A stretch of DNA of 64,000 nt, taken from an uncultured Acidimicrobiaceae bacterium (GTDB lineage Bacteria; Actinomycetota; Acidimicrobiia; Acidimicrobiales; RAAP-2). Shown here in pieces: positions 51,781-61,581 of the stretch. The stretch covers positions 232,571 through 296,570 of the forward strand of contig CAVYCE010000001.1 of assembly GCA_963766995.1 (NCBI GenBank). The letters are read 5' to 3'. The notes below the pieces were generated by a model. That model was not told the DNA's origin. It worked only from the letters and a program-made list of their open reading frames with translations, and did not search any database. How positions within the stretch are numbered: position 1 is the first letter of the stretch; each line of letters opens with the position of its first letter. The translations under genes and the position numbers were made by a program.

Positions 51781-51925
51781 AGAAGTCAATGGCGAGCAGC
51801 TGGTCTCTCATCATCGTGCGAACTGAGTCAGCTCGAGCGGTGACGAGAAGCGACCGAGGCTCCCAGTCAGGCAACTTCCATCTCACCCAATTGCGTTACT
51901 CAAGCACTCAGGACTCAGTCGGCGT

Positions 51926-52432
51926 TCAACCGAGTGAGGCCAAGTTGGCGGGGCACCGGGGCACGAAAGGCTTCGGAGGATTGACGTAGCAGTCGGAGAC
52001 CGCATACTTCCGCTTGGAGTCGGCCGGCAGGGTCTTACCGGTGAGGGAGATGGTCAGTTTGGTGAAGTACTCCCGTCCGGCGGCACGGACCATGTCGGAA
52101 AGGTCGAAGTCGGCCGGGTAGTTATGGAAGGTTCCCTCGGCGCAGTAGGGCGTGCAGTCGTTCTGGCGCAGCGTCCCCTTGGCCCGAGCGGTGGTGCGCC
52201 GCCAGCTCGACCAGTGCAGATGCTCGGCCAGGGCGTTGCCATCGGCGCAGGCCATCACGATCTCTTTGGGCTTGGCCTGTCCCGGCCGCAGGCACTGGGC
52301 ATCGACCAGCGAGAGCTTTTGGCCCGCAGTGGCCGAAGCAGACCCGCTCCATCCGGTCACCACCAGCGCACTCAACGTCAGGCCCGCGACGGCCGTAGCC
52401 ATCAATCTCGTGACCGCGTTCCTGGTTTTCAT
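51926..52432 (-). CDS. hypothetical secreted Cys-containing protein
   Basis: ORF-track 51926..52477 trimmed to ATG 52432 (MKTRNAVTRLMATAVAGLTLSALVVTGWSGSASA signal peptide). There are seven Cys after the predicted signal peptide. Confidence 0.55.
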   Translation of the reverse strand: MKTRNAVTRLMATAVAGLTLSALVVTGWSGSASATAGQKLSLVDAQCLRPGQAKPKEIVMACADGNALAEHLHWSSWRRTTARAKGTLRQNDCTPYCAEGTFHNYPADFDLSDMVRAAGREYFTKLTISLTGKTLPADSKRKYAVSDCYVNPPKPFVPRCPANLASLG

Positions 52433-52886
52433 CGCCCCTATCTTCTCGCATCTTGGACACCAGATTTGCGCGATCAATTCGATGCGGCGCAGCGGTGGTT
52501 GCGTCCAATGGGTGATGCGGGGTTAGAGGTCTTGCTTGAGTCGTTTGGAACTCGCGTGTCGGCTGGAACGCGCCGCAAGCTTCAGCCACAAGGAGCCGGA
52601 GACACCCAGAGCACCTTCGTCCATTGCGGAGGTCGCATCACTGGAGCTGACCAGTCGCCAGGGGACGTCCGTCGTGGTCTTCGAGACGGAGGAACAGGCG
52701 CCTGCCGACACCCCTGGGGTAAGTCACGCGTCGCCCGGCGTCCCATGCACCCGCGAGATGATTGGCCCATTGGTCGGCCATGCCTCACGTTTGTTTGCGG
52801 TTCTTTGTGACGGCACGTGAGGCTCTTTGAGCCGAACTGCTTGAACTTGGCTACTTTGGCCCATGAACCCGTGAGGAGATACCCCC

Positions 52887-53363
52887 ATGCCCGATACCGT
52901 CCACTTGACCGACCGAATTGAAGTCACCCGGCCCATTCCGGCACCGGCGACTGCGATCTTTGATGTCGTTCGAAGTCCGAGAGGGCACGTGATCATCGAC
53001 GCCTCCGGGATGCTCCAGGACTTCTCGGGTGAAGCGGCTGAGAAGGAGGGTGACACATTCGTCATCCACATGGACCGAGAGTCGCTCAATGACGTCCCCC
53101 TCGGCAAGTACGACGTGACCGTTCACATCATTCACTTTGAGCGCGACAAAGAGATCGCATGGAATCTCGGCCCCGATGTCCCGTTTCCGCACTTCTATGG
53201 CTACCGGCTCGAGGCTGGTGAGAACGGAATCACCAACGTGACCTCTTATTACGACTGGTCGAAGATCACCGGCGATATCAAGGAGCGGTTTCCGATCGTG
53301 CCGGAGTCGGCCTTGCGCGCCACACTCGGACTCTTGGAACGGACCGTCAGACTGGGCTTGTGA
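52887..53363 (+). CDS. SRPBCC-family protein
   Basis: 158-aa ORF. The start DRIEVTRPIPAPATAIFDVVRSPRGH is typical of polyketide-cyclase/START-like proteins. Confidence 0.72.
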   Translation: MPDTVHLTDRIEVTRPIPAPATAIFDVVRSPRGHVIIDASGMLQDFSGEAAEKEGDTFVIHMDRESLNDVPLGKYDVTVHIIHFERDKEIAWNLGPDVPFPHFYGYRLEAGENGITNVTSYYDWSKITGDIKERFPIVPESALRATLGLLERTVRLGL

Positions 53364-53462
53364 CTTGACGTATGAGAGTGACAAGGTCAAGCGGGCTTGA
53401 GCATCCCTCCCGCTCAATGACTTGGAAAGTTGAAGCCGTCTGAAATTACAGATCCAGACTGC

Positions 53463-54500
53463 TTAGAAGTCGGCGATCTGAAGCTGTTCGAGGCGGCCTC
53501 GCAGTTCATCCACCCATTCCGAGGGAGACCTATCTCCGGGCAATGGAACTCCCGCTTGGCTGCGCCAAAGTGCGTCACCCAGCACAGTGCGGATGTGCCA
53601 AGCCATGACTCGGGAGGCGTCAATGGGTGTCCCGGCGTACTCGGCGTAAGAGCTGGCCGTGGCTCGAAAGAGGTTGATCGTTGGCCCCTGCGACGGAAGA
53701 TATCGAAAGTCATAGGCCGGATCGGCGGCGCCGCTGTCCCCGTAGTCAAGGACGGCCTTCAGGGTCTGGGTCTTGAGGTCCCACACTTGGTTGTGTCCGT
53801 GGAAGTCCCCCTGCACGAAGACAGGCTCGGTGGGCACGTCCAGGATTCCATCCACCCAGTCGCACCACCGGCTGACTTCACACACCTGATCGGATCGGAT
53901 AAAAGGTGCGAGATCGTCTCGAATTGCCGTGGTGGTTGCCTGCGGCAGTGGAGTCGGCAAGGGTCCGAGGTCTCGCTGTACCTCAGCCAGAACGTCAGGG
54001 CGATGCAGGTCCGACAGAAACCGTGCCAACTCAGCAGCCGTTCTGCGTAGGCGTTCAGCGCTCAAGTTGCCCACTTGCTCGTACGTCAGAGGGTCTCCGG
54101 CAATCCATTCAGTGGCTAGGAGCACCGGATTGTCAGAAGCAGCAATGACCCGAGGTGCCCGAAGGGGAACGGCTCGTTTTCCAAGTGACATCAGCACGCA
54201 CGCTTCGTGCCATACCTGTTCTGCCGCCTCTTTCGACCAGGCGAATTTTACGAACACCTGCCCATTCACGATGGCGCTTCCGTGCCACCACTTGGTGATG
54301 CTGTGCTCCAGCCAAGGCTGAAGCTCTATATCGCCGGTCGACAGACTTGGGGCGGACGATCGAAGGGCTTCTTGCAGCGAGGCAACGGACCGCTCCGGAA
54401 GCCAAGAGAGAGGCATCGATCCCATATTGCCACCGCCCTGCGACATTTCGGTGCTCGCACCGGGACCTGCCTGTAAGACTGCAGAGATGCGGCAACTCAT
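53463..54500 (-). CDS. aminoglycoside/choline-kinase-type phosphotransferase (APH family)
   Basis: 345-aa ORF. The catalytic loop is FVQGDFHGHNQVW and the metal-binding motif is VLDYGDSGAADPAYDF. The start may be one of the internal Met codons. Confidence 0.8.
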   Translation of the reverse strand: MSCRISAVLQAGPGASTEMSQGGGNMGSMPLSWLPERSVASLQEALRSSAPSLSTGDIELQPWLEHSITKWWHGSAIVNGQVFVKFAWSKEAAEQVWHEACVLMSLGKRAVPLRAPRVIAASDNPVLLATEWIAGDPLTYEQVGNLSAERLRRTAAELARFLSDLHRPDVLAEVQRDLGPLPTPLPQATTTAIRDDLAPFIRSDQVCEVSRWCDWVDGILDVPTEPVFVQGDFHGHNQVWDLKTQTLKAVLDYGDSGAADPAYDFRYLPSQGPTINLFRATASSYAEYAGTPIDASRVMAWHIRTVLGDALWRSQAGVPLPGDRSPSEWVDELRGRLEQLQIADF

Positions 54501-54527
54501 TCGTGCACAAGAAATGGCAGCGAACTA

Positions 54528-55391
54528 GTGCGTCGCTACATCCTCACTATTACCTGCCCCGACCGCATCGGCATTGTGGCGGCCGTGACCGGCTTCATCG
54601 CGGGCCATGGGGGCTCAGTGCTCGAGGCGGCCCAGCATGGGGACCTGACTACCGGTCTGTTCTTCCTGCGCGTCGAGGTGACGGCCGAGAGCCTCCCGTT
54701 CGACGTCGACCAATTGCGGACGCTCTTCGAGCCACTGGCGAACGAATTCTCAATGGAGTGGCGCATTCAGGACACCGACTTCCCTGTTCGGGTGGTGCTC
54801 CTGGTCAGTCGGGAAGACCACTGCTTGGCCGACTTGCTCTACCAGTGGCGGAGTGGCGACCTCCAGTGCGACATCCCATGCGTCATTTCCAATCACGAGG
54901 ATCTTCGCCAGATGGTGGAGTGGCATGGCATCCCGTTCAAATACGTGCCGGTTCCGGCCGCTACGTCAGCGACGTCAAAGTCAGCCGCCTTCGGTGAGAT
55001 GGAGAGGATCTTCGAGGAGGCGGGCGGCGACGTCATGGTCCTGGCCCGTTACATGCAGATCATCCCACCAGACATGTGCGCCCATTTAGCTGGGCGCATC
55101 ATCAATATCCACCACAGTTTCCTACCCTCGTTTGCCGGCGCCCGTCCGTACCACCAGGCCTTCGAGCGGGGAGTCAAGTTAATCGGCGCTACGTGCCACT
55201 ACGTCACAGCTGATCTCGATACCGGACCAATCATCGAACAGGACACCCGCCGTATCGACCACGCCGACAGCCCTGAGGAGCTGCGCCGGGTGGGCCGTGA
55301 CATCGAAAGAACAGTGTTGGCCCGAGGGTTGCGCTGGGTTATTGAGGGGCGCGTCCTGACCAACGGGGCCAGAACGGTCGTTTTCGCATAG
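54528..55391 (+). CDS. purU: formyltetrahydrofolate deformylase
   Basis: 287-aa ORF with a GTG start. An N-terminal ACT domain (ILTITCPDRIGIVAAVTGFI) precedes a formyltransferase core with NIHHSFLPSF. Confidence 0.92.
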   Translation: MRRYILTITCPDRIGIVAAVTGFIAGHGGSVLEAAQHGDLTTGLFFLRVEVTAESLPFDVDQLRTLFEPLANEFSMEWRIQDTDFPVRVVLLVSREDHCLADLLYQWRSGDLQCDIPCVISNHEDLRQMVEWHGIPFKYVPVPAATSATSKSAAFGEMERIFEEAGGDVMVLARYMQIIPPDMCAHLAGRIINIHHSFLPSFAGARPYHQAFERGVKLIGATCHYVTADLDTGPIIEQDTRRIDHADSPEELRRVGRDIERTVLARGLRWVIEGRVLTNGARTVVFA

Positions 55392-55421
55392 CGCGATCGC
55401 AGCCAGCCGTCCTGATGAACC

Positions 55422-56306
55422 TCAGTAGCCGAAGCGATTAAGCATCTCGTCGCGATCTTGCCAGTGGCGTTCGACTTTGACGTGGAGGTCGAGATACGTG
55501 CCTTCGGGCAAGGTTTCTCGGACGGCGATGCCGACGGCCTTCAGAATTTCGCCGCCCTTGCCGATGACGATGCCCTTCTGGGAATCGCGTTCAACAATGA
55601 TTTCGCAGCGGATATGGGGCCATTCCCACTCAGTGACTCGGCATGAGATCGAGTGGGGCAGCTCGTCGAAGGTCTTGGCCAGCAGCTGCTCGCGCACCAG
55701 CTCGGCCACCCACAACGCCTCAGGCGTGTCGGTGATGACGTCGTCCGGGAAGAAGGGCGGCCCTTCTTCGAGTGATTCCACAATGTGCTTGGTCAGGCCC
55801 TTTACGCCCTTGCCCGTTTTGGCCGAGACCGGGAAGTACTCGACGCTGTCAAGGTTCACGATCTCTTCGACTGCGGCTTTGACGGTGATGAGACGCTCGA
55901 GCACCTGGTCGCCGCCGGCCTTATCGACCTTATTGACTACCACCACCAAGCTGGGAGGTTCCTCACTGTGTTGTATCTCGCGTAGCGAGCGTTCCAGCAC
56001 GGTGCGGTCGCCTGGACCTACCGGTGCAGTGGCATCGACCAGCACCAAAATCATGTCGACGTCGGAGAGGGCGCTGGTGGCGGTCTCGTTCAGGCGGGCG
56101 CCCAGCGTGCTCTTGGGCCGGTGAATACCCGGGGTGTCGACGAACACCACTTGAGCATCAGGCTCGTGCAGCACTCCGAGGATACGGTGCCGCGTAGTGT
56201 TGGGCTTCGATGAGGTGATCGACACCTTGGTGCCCACCATCTGGTTGACCAGCGTCGACTTTCCGACGTTGGGCCTGCCCACTACCGCCACGAATCCCGA
56301 GCGCAT
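55422..56306 (-). CDS. era: GTPase Era
   Basis: 294-aa ORF. G1 is VVGRPNVGKSTL, G3 is DTPG and G4 is NKVD. A C-terminal KH domain is present. Confidence 0.95.
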   Translation of the reverse strand: MRSGFVAVVGRPNVGKSTLVNQMVGTKVSITSSKPNTTRHRILGVLHEPDAQVVFVDTPGIHRPKSTLGARLNETATSALSDVDMILVLVDATAPVGPGDRTVLERSLREIQHSEEPPSLVVVVNKVDKAGGDQVLERLITVKAAVEEIVNLDSVEYFPVSAKTGKGVKGLTKHIVESLEEGPPFFPDDVITDTPEALWVAELVREQLLAKTFDELPHSISCRVTEWEWPHIRCEIIVERDSQKGIVIGKGGEILKAVGIAVRETLPEGTYLDLHVKVERHWQDRDEMLNRFGY

Positions 56307-56308
56307 AC

Positions 56309-57616
56309 TCAGTCGTCCGCGTCAGTGGCGACCGGCACGGCCGTTCGCTCGATGCGCACCCGGCCAATGCGGCGGCCTCGCACCTCGAGCGCAGTGAAGC
56401 GAAACCCTTCGGTCTCGGCCGTGTCGCCGCTGTCGGGCACCCGCCCGATGAGGTCCATCATGAGGCCGCCCACCGTGTCCCAGGAACCTTGGGGAAGTTC
56501 GGCATCGAGCAGGTCGTCGGCATCGTCCACCGAATATCGGGCACTGACCACCACCGAGCCGTCGGGCTGGCGCTGCACCTCCGGTTCCTCCGTGTCGAAC
56601 TCGTCCACAATGTCGCCCACCAGTTCCTCCAGCAGGTCCTCCAATGTCACCAGTCCAGCAGTCCCGCCGTACTCGTCGACGACGATGGCCATGTGGAATT
56701 TCTCCTCCTGCATCTGGCGCAAGAGGGCGGAGACTTCTTTTGATTCGGGCACGAACACGGGCTGGCGGGCAATCCCACTCACCGCCTGCTCGCCCTTGCC
56801 TACCCGCTCGGCCCGCACCAGGTCCTTGGTATACGCAATGCCCACCACGTCATCGATCTGCTGCTCGTGCACTGGGATGCGGCTGAAGCCGGCAGCAAGG
56901 GCGGTCTCGAGCGCCCCCGTCACCGTCGTGTCGGCCTCTACCGCCACCATGTCCGGTCGCGGCACCATCACCTCGCGCACCACGGTGTCGCCGAAGTCGA
57001 TGATGGAGTGAATGAACTCGCGTTCCTCCCCTTCAATTACGTTCTCCTCGTGGGCCACATCAGCCATGGCTTTGAGTTCTGAGTCGGTGATGTACGACGG
57101 GCGGATGCCGTCCTCGTCTTCATGGGACTTGCCGATGATCAGGTTGGCCAACCCAATGAGGAGTGATGACACAAAATGGATGGGGGGAAACCGCACCAAT
57201 GAGGAGACGATCGGAGCGCTGAGGAGAGCGGCCCGCTCGGGGTTGTGCACGGCCCAGTTTTTGGGGACTGCCTCGAAGAACACGAATATGACCACCACTT
57301 CAAAGACAGCACCCACTAGCACGCCGATGCCGCCCAGAATGTCGCTGGCCACCACCCCGACCAAGGTGGCCGACACCAGCTGGCAGATGAGCACCAGCAG
57401 CAGGATGGGATTGAGGAACTGAGCCGGATGTTCAACCAGGCGAGCCAGTTGCTTGGCGCCTCGTCGCTTCCCGTCGGCCAACGCCTTGGCCTTTATCCGG
57501 TTCATGCGCACCAAGCTGGTTTCGGCCAATGCGAGCATCCCCGACGCCGCCAGCAAAATGACGATCACCACGATCAGAACGACGTCCTTGTCGTGAAACC
57601 CGACTTCGGCGATCAT
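56309..57616 (-). CDS. hemolysin-family protein (DUF21 + CBS pair + CorC_HlyC)
   Basis: 435-aa ORF with an N-terminal 4-TM DUF21, a CBS pair and a C-terminal transporter-associated domain. Confidence 0.9.
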   Translation of the reverse strand: MIAEVGFHDKDVVLIVVIVILLAASGMLALAETSLVRMNRIKAKALADGKRRGAKQLARLVEHPAQFLNPILLLVLICQLVSATLVGVVASDILGGIGVLVGAVFEVVVIFVFFEAVPKNWAVHNPERAALLSAPIVSSLVRFPPIHFVSSLLIGLANLIIGKSHEDEDGIRPSYITDSELKAMADVAHEENVIEGEEREFIHSIIDFGDTVVREVMVPRPDMVAVEADTTVTGALETALAAGFSRIPVHEQQIDDVVGIAYTKDLVRAERVGKGEQAVSGIARQPVFVPESKEVSALLRQMQEEKFHMAIVVDEYGGTAGLVTLEDLLEELVGDIVDEFDTEEPEVQRQPDGSVVVSARYSVDDADDLLDAELPQGSWDTVGGLMMDLIGRVPDSGDTAETEGFRFTALEVRGRRIGRVRIERTAVPVATDADD

Positions 57617-58116
57617 GGCTGGGTCCGGTAGTAGCGATTCAGCAAGTCCTGCTCCAGGGCCTCCATGCGTTCGGCCTCATCGTCCTTCTGATGATCCATG
57701 CCGAGCAGGTGCAGCAGTCCGTGCACCACCAAGAGCGCCACCTCGTCATCGAAGGACACTTCGTGCTCTTCGGCGTTGCGAGCAGCCACCGAAGGGCAGA
57801 TGACCACGTCACCCAGCAGCATGAGCGCGCCTTCCTTGGCTGCGCTCCCTGGGCCGCTGCCGCCGAAGTCGGGCGAGCGCCCGGAGGGGCTGGGATCGTC
57901 CTCAATGGGAAATGACAGCACATCGGTGGGTCCGCTCTTGCCCAAGAACTGTTCGTTCAAGGCGGCAATGGCGTCCTCGTCTACGAAGAGAAGCGATACC
58001 TCGGTCTCTCCCTTAATGCCCCTCGCTGTCAATACCTTCTTGGTTAACTCGGCCCAGCGCGCCACGGCGATCGGATGGGCCTCCTGCTCATCGGCAGCAA
58101 AGACGTCGATGGTCAC
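57613..58116 (-). CDS. ybeY: rRNA maturation endoribonuclease YbeY
   Basis: ORF-track 57613..58314 trimmed to GTG 58116, which overlaps the phoH stop as GTGA. The zinc motif is [11 protein letters not shown]. Confidence 0.9.
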   Translation of the reverse strand: MTIDVFAADEQEAHPIAVARWAELTKKVLTARGIKGETEVSLLFVDEDAIAALNEQFLGKSGPTDVLSFPIEDDPSPSGRSPDFGGSGPGSAAKEGALMLLGDVVICPSVAARNAEEHEVSFDDEVALLVVHGLLHLLGMDHQKDDEAERMEALEQDLLNRYYRTQP

Positions 58117-59078
58117 TGGGAGGAACCCGCCCGCCCTTCTGCCACTTCGTAGGCCTCCACAATGTCGGCCACAATCTTGTGCCGCACCACGTCGCGCCGA
58201 GTCAAGTGCACGAAGGCGATGTCTTCGACCGCGGCGAGCACCGGCTCCAAACCGATAAGGCCCGAGCGCCCGCCCTGCACATCTATCTGGGTCACGTCCC
58301 CGGTCACCACGCACTTGGAACCGAAGCCGATGCGGGTGAGGAACATCTTCATCTGCTCTGGCGTGGTGTTCTGGGCCTCGTCTAAAATGATGAACGAGCT
58401 GTTGAGGGTGCGGCCGCGCATAAAGGCCAGCGGTGCTACTTCAATGGTGCCCCGGTCCAGCAGGCGCTGCGCCCCTTCAGGCTCCAGCAAGTCGTAGAGT
58501 GCGTCATAGAGCGGGCGTAGGTAGGGGTCGACCTTGGCCATGAGATCGCCGGGCAAAAATCCCAGACGCTCCCCCGCTTCGACAGCGGGGCGGGTGAGGA
58601 TGATGCGCGTCACCTGCCGCGATTGCAGAGCGTGCACAGCTTGAGCCACGGCTAGATACGACTTCCCCGTACCGGCCGGACCGATGCCGAAGGTGATGAT
58701 GTTGGAGCTGATGGCGTCCACGTAACGCTTCTGTCCCGCTGTATTGGGCCGGATCGTCTTGCCGCCGGCCGATCGCACCACCTCAGCTCGAAGCACATCG
58801 CTGGGTCGAATGTCGTCGTTGACCATGTCGATGGTGCGCGCCATGGTGGAAGAGTCGAGGCTCTGCCCGGCCTGGAGCAGAAGAATGATCTCATCGAACA
58901 GGCGCGCCACCTGGTCGGCATTGGGACCTTCAATAGAGATGCGGTTGCCCTGCACCGAGATCTGGTTGTCGGGAAACGCCACCTCAATTTGGCGCAAGAA
59001 CTCGTCACGGGTTCCGAGCAGTCCGGCCATGAGGTGGTTGCCGGGGACGAGGCATTCAGCGTGGGTGACAGTGTTCAT
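58113..59078 (-). CDS. phoH: PhoH-family ATPase
   Basis: 321-aa ORF. Walker A is [15 protein letters not shown], with FIILDEAQN. Confidence 0.92.
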   Translation of the reverse strand: MNTVTHAECLVPGNHLMAGLLGTRDEFLRQIEVAFPDNQISVQGNRISIEGPNADQVARLFDEIILLLQAGQSLDSSTMARTIDMVNDDIRPSDVLRAEVVRSAGGKTIRPNTAGQKRYVDAISSNIITFGIGPAGTGKSYLAVAQAVHALQSRQVTRIILTRPAVEAGERLGFLPGDLMAKVDPYLRPLYDALYDLLEPEGAQRLLDRGTIEVAPLAFMRGRTLNSSFIILDEAQNTTPEQMKMFLTRIGFGSKCVVTGDVTQIDVQGGRSGLIGLEPVLAAVEDIAFVHLTRRDVVRHKIVADIVEAYEVAEGRAGSSQ

Positions 59079-59431
59079 GCGAGTGCGAAATGTCCTTTGA
59101 GTGGTTCGCCGCCCAACACATGGAGGTGCAGGTGCGGCACGGAGTTCATGGCATCAGGACCAATGTTGAAGATGAGGCGATAGCCGCGATCGGGTGTAGC
59201 CAGGCCGGCCTGATCTGCCACCGCACGCGCGGTCAGCAGCATGTCGGCCAGGACAGGCCCGTCGGCAGCCGAAATGGTGCTGGCGTCGGTGATGTGGCGA
59301 CGAGGGACCACCAATACGTGCAGCGGTGCCGCGGGGTTGATGTCCTTGAAGGCCACCGTGGTGTCGGTGCTGTGCACAATGTCACCGGGAATGTCGCCGG
59401 CGACGATGCCGCAAAAGAGGCAGTCGGTCAT
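59075..59431 (-). CDS. HIT-family (histidine triad) nucleotide-binding protein
   Basis: ORF-track 59075..59497 trimmed to ATG 59431 (MTDCLFCGIVAG), which overlaps the upstream stop as ATGA. The triad is VPHLHLHVLGG. Confidence 0.88.
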   Translation of the reverse strand: MTDCLFCGIVAGDIPGDIVHSTDTTVAFKDINPAAPLHVLVVPRRHITDASTISAADGPVLADMLLTARAVADQAGLATPDRGYRLIFNIGPDAMNSVPHLHLHVLGGEPLKGHFALA

Positions 59432-59661
59432 GCCTCGGTGTCGCTTCCCTTCAACGGTGGGTAGAGGTGCTCCAGTGACCCGGGTTGGACGCGGCACTTC
59501 TCAATAAAGGCATCGATGTGGTCTGTCTTCAATCGGATCACTCGTCCGAACTTATAGGCCACCAGGTCACCTTCGTCAATGAATCGATAGAGACTGCGCA
59601 GAGTGATGCCGAGGCGGGCGGCGGCATCTTTTGTGCCCAGCCAGCCCGGATCGTCCGTCAC
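59428..59661 (-). CDS. small MerR/excisionase-type helix-turn-helix protein
   Basis: 77-aa ORF with a GTG start overlapping the rsmE stop (GTGA). The HTH is LGTKDAAARLGITLRSLYRFIDEGDLVAYKFGRVIRL. Confidence 0.7.
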   Translation of the reverse strand: MTDDPGWLGTKDAAARLGITLRSLYRFIDEGDLVAYKFGRVIRLKTDHIDAFIEKCRVQPGSLEHLYPPLKGSDTEA

Positions 59662-60422
59662 GACGATGCACTCACTGCTGCAACCGTACCCGTCCGAAGC
59701 GACACCATCAGTGCTCCGGCCGTCACCGCCGCCGTTTCAGCCCGAAGCACACTGAGTCCGAATCCCACCTTGGGCAGACCACTGTCGAGCTCCTCATCGC
59801 TCCATCCCCCTTCGGGACCCACCGCCACCAGAGCATGCGTCGGCGCGGGGCGGTCGCCACTCAGTTGAGCCAGCACCACCTGGCCCGGCTCCCCCATCCC
59901 AGCCAGCGCGCCGAACGCCGTGATGTCGGTCACCTCGGGCGACCAAACCCGTCGGCACTGCAGGGCGGCCTCGCGGGCTACTCGGCGCATGCGCTCCACC
60001 GCGTTGGCGCCACGCTCACCGTCCCAGCGCACCACGCTGCGGGCGCTGGTGATGGGCACTATGCGATCCACCCCAAGCTCGGTCAGTTTCTGCACCACCC
60101 ACTCGGGCCGCTCACCCTTGGTGGGGGCGAAGGCCACGGTGAGCGATGGCTGTGGCGCGAGATCGAATTGGACGGATCCATCTCCGCCCGGTCCCGACTG
60201 GCCTTCAAGAGTGTCGAGTTCGTTGTTGGTGCCAGTCCAGGCGGTGCGGGCCCAGTGACCGGCACCGTCACTGACAATGACTTCTTCCCCAGTGCGAAGA
60301 CGGAGCACCTTGGAAAGGTGATGGGCGTCATCAGGGGTGAGCAGCGGGTGCGAGACGTTGTCGACGAAGACCTGGGCGGCAGCGGCGGCTCGAGTGGTGA
60401 TTGGCGCGTATTCGGGACGCAC
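59658..60422 (-). CDS. rsmE: 16S rRNA (uracil1498-N3)-methyltransferase
   Basis: ORF-track 59658..60497 trimmed to GTG 60422, just after the dnaJ stop. The C-terminal SPOUT motif is VAVGPEGGWSDEE. Confidence 0.85.
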   Translation of the reverse strand: MRPEYAPITTRAAAAAQVFVDNVSHPLLTPDDAHHLSKVLRLRTGEEVIVSDGAGHWARTAWTGTNNELDTLEGQSGPGGDGSVQFDLAPQPSLTVAFAPTKGERPEWVVQKLTELGVDRIVPITSARSVVRWDGERGANAVERMRRVAREAALQCRRVWSPEVTDITAFGALAGMGEPGQVVLAQLSGDRPAPTHALVAVGPEGGWSDEELDSGLPKVGFGLSVLRAETAAVTAGALMVSLRTGTVAAVSASS

Positions 60423-60426
60423 CGGT

Positions 60427-61581
60427 TCAGCCAAAAGCGGAACGAAGGCGAGAGAACACGCCGTCCCCTCCACCGCCGGGTGGGGACACCGACTCACCTC
60501 GGGCGGCAGCGTATTGACGTAATAGCTCTTCTTCAGCTGCGCTCAAGTTCGACGGGGTCTGCACCATCACGTGCACATACAGGTCGCCCCGGCCCTTGCC
60601 CCGAAGATGCGGCACACCCTGCCCTCGGACCCGCTCCACATGGCCGTGCGCCGTTCCCGGGCTGACCATCATGGCGTGCGTACCTTCCAGAGTCTCGACT
60701 TCGGTCTCCGTGCCCAGTGCGGCCTGGGCCAGTCCAATGGTCAAGGTGGTGTGCAGGTCGTCGCCGTTCCGTTCAAAGCGCGGATCGCCAGCCACTGCCA
60801 AATGCACAAACAGCGAACCCGTGGACCCGCCGCGCTGACCGGCGGCGCCGCGCTCGGCCAGCCTGAGCGTCGAACCCTGCTCCACGCCGGCCGGCACTTC
60901 GACGGTGAAGGTGCTCTCCTCCATACGCCGACCCTCGCCCGCGCAGTCGGCACAGGGGTGCGGAATGGTCACGCCCGTCCCTGAACAGCGCGAGCAGGCC
61001 ACGCTGGTCACCACCTGACCCAGCAATGACTGGCGCACCCGGCGCAGTTCGCCTGAGCCCTGGCACTCGGCACAGTCCATCGGATCGGTCCCGGGCGCGG
61101 TACCTCGACCTTGGCAAGTGACGCAGGTGGTGGGCAGGCGGACCGAGATCTCCTTGCGGCAGCCAAAGACGGCTTCGTCGAAGGCGATGTGCAGCCGCAC
61201 CTCGGCGTCGGCACCGGGTGCCGGACCCCGTCGGCGGTTGCCCTGGCCTGACATCTGGCCGAAGAAGGCCTCGAAGATGTCGCCCAGTCCGCCCTCGAAC
61301 CCGAAGCCCCCGCTGCCGCCGCTGCCGCCGCCCTGATTCCCGAAGACGCCCTCGGCCCCGAAGCGGTCATAACGGGCCCGCTTGTCGGGATCACGCAGGA
61401 CCTCGTAGGCCACCGTCACTTCTTTGAACTTGGCTTCCGACTCGGCATCGCCGGGGTTGGTGTCGGGGTGCAGCTCACGGGCGCGAGCGCGGTAGGCCTT
61501 CTTTATCTCGTCGTCACTGGCATCGGGCCGGACGCCCAGGAGACCGTACAGATCGCTCAACCCACTACCCGCGGCCATCAT
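60427..61581 (-). CDS. dnaJ: molecular chaperone DnaJ
   Basis: 384-aa ORF. The J-domain has HPD, followed by a G/F region. Four CxxCxG repeats are present (CVTCQG, CAECQG, CSRCSG, CADCAG). Confidence 0.95.
   Translation of the reverse strand: MMAAGSGLSDLYGLLGVRPDASDDEIKKAYRARARELHPDTNPGDAESEAKFKEVTVAYEVLRDPDKRARYDRFGAEGVFGNQGGGSGGSGGFGFEGGLGDIFEAFFGQMSGQGNRRRGPAPGADAEVRLHIAFDEAVFGCRKEISVRLPTTCVTCQGRGTAPGTDPMDCAECQGSGELRRVRQSLLGQVVTSVACSRCSGTGVTIPHPCADCAGEGRRMEESTFTVEVPAGVEQGSTLRLAERGAAGQRGGSTGSLFVHLAVAGDPRFERNGDDLHTTLTIGLAQAALGTETEVETLEGTHAMMVSPGTAHGHVERVRGQGVPHLRGKGRGDLYVHVMVQTPSNLSAAEEELLRQYAAARGESVSPPGGGGDGVFSRLRSAFG

Noticed and set aside
59631-60665. 344-aa + strand ORF across rsmE/dnaJ. 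Similar long antisense ORFs occur at 663..1442, 17561..18187, 43839..44618, 44660..45457 and 52124..52810.
   Set aside because: All lie opposite well-supported genes, are Arg/Pro/Gly-rich, and lack motifs or ribosome-binding sites.
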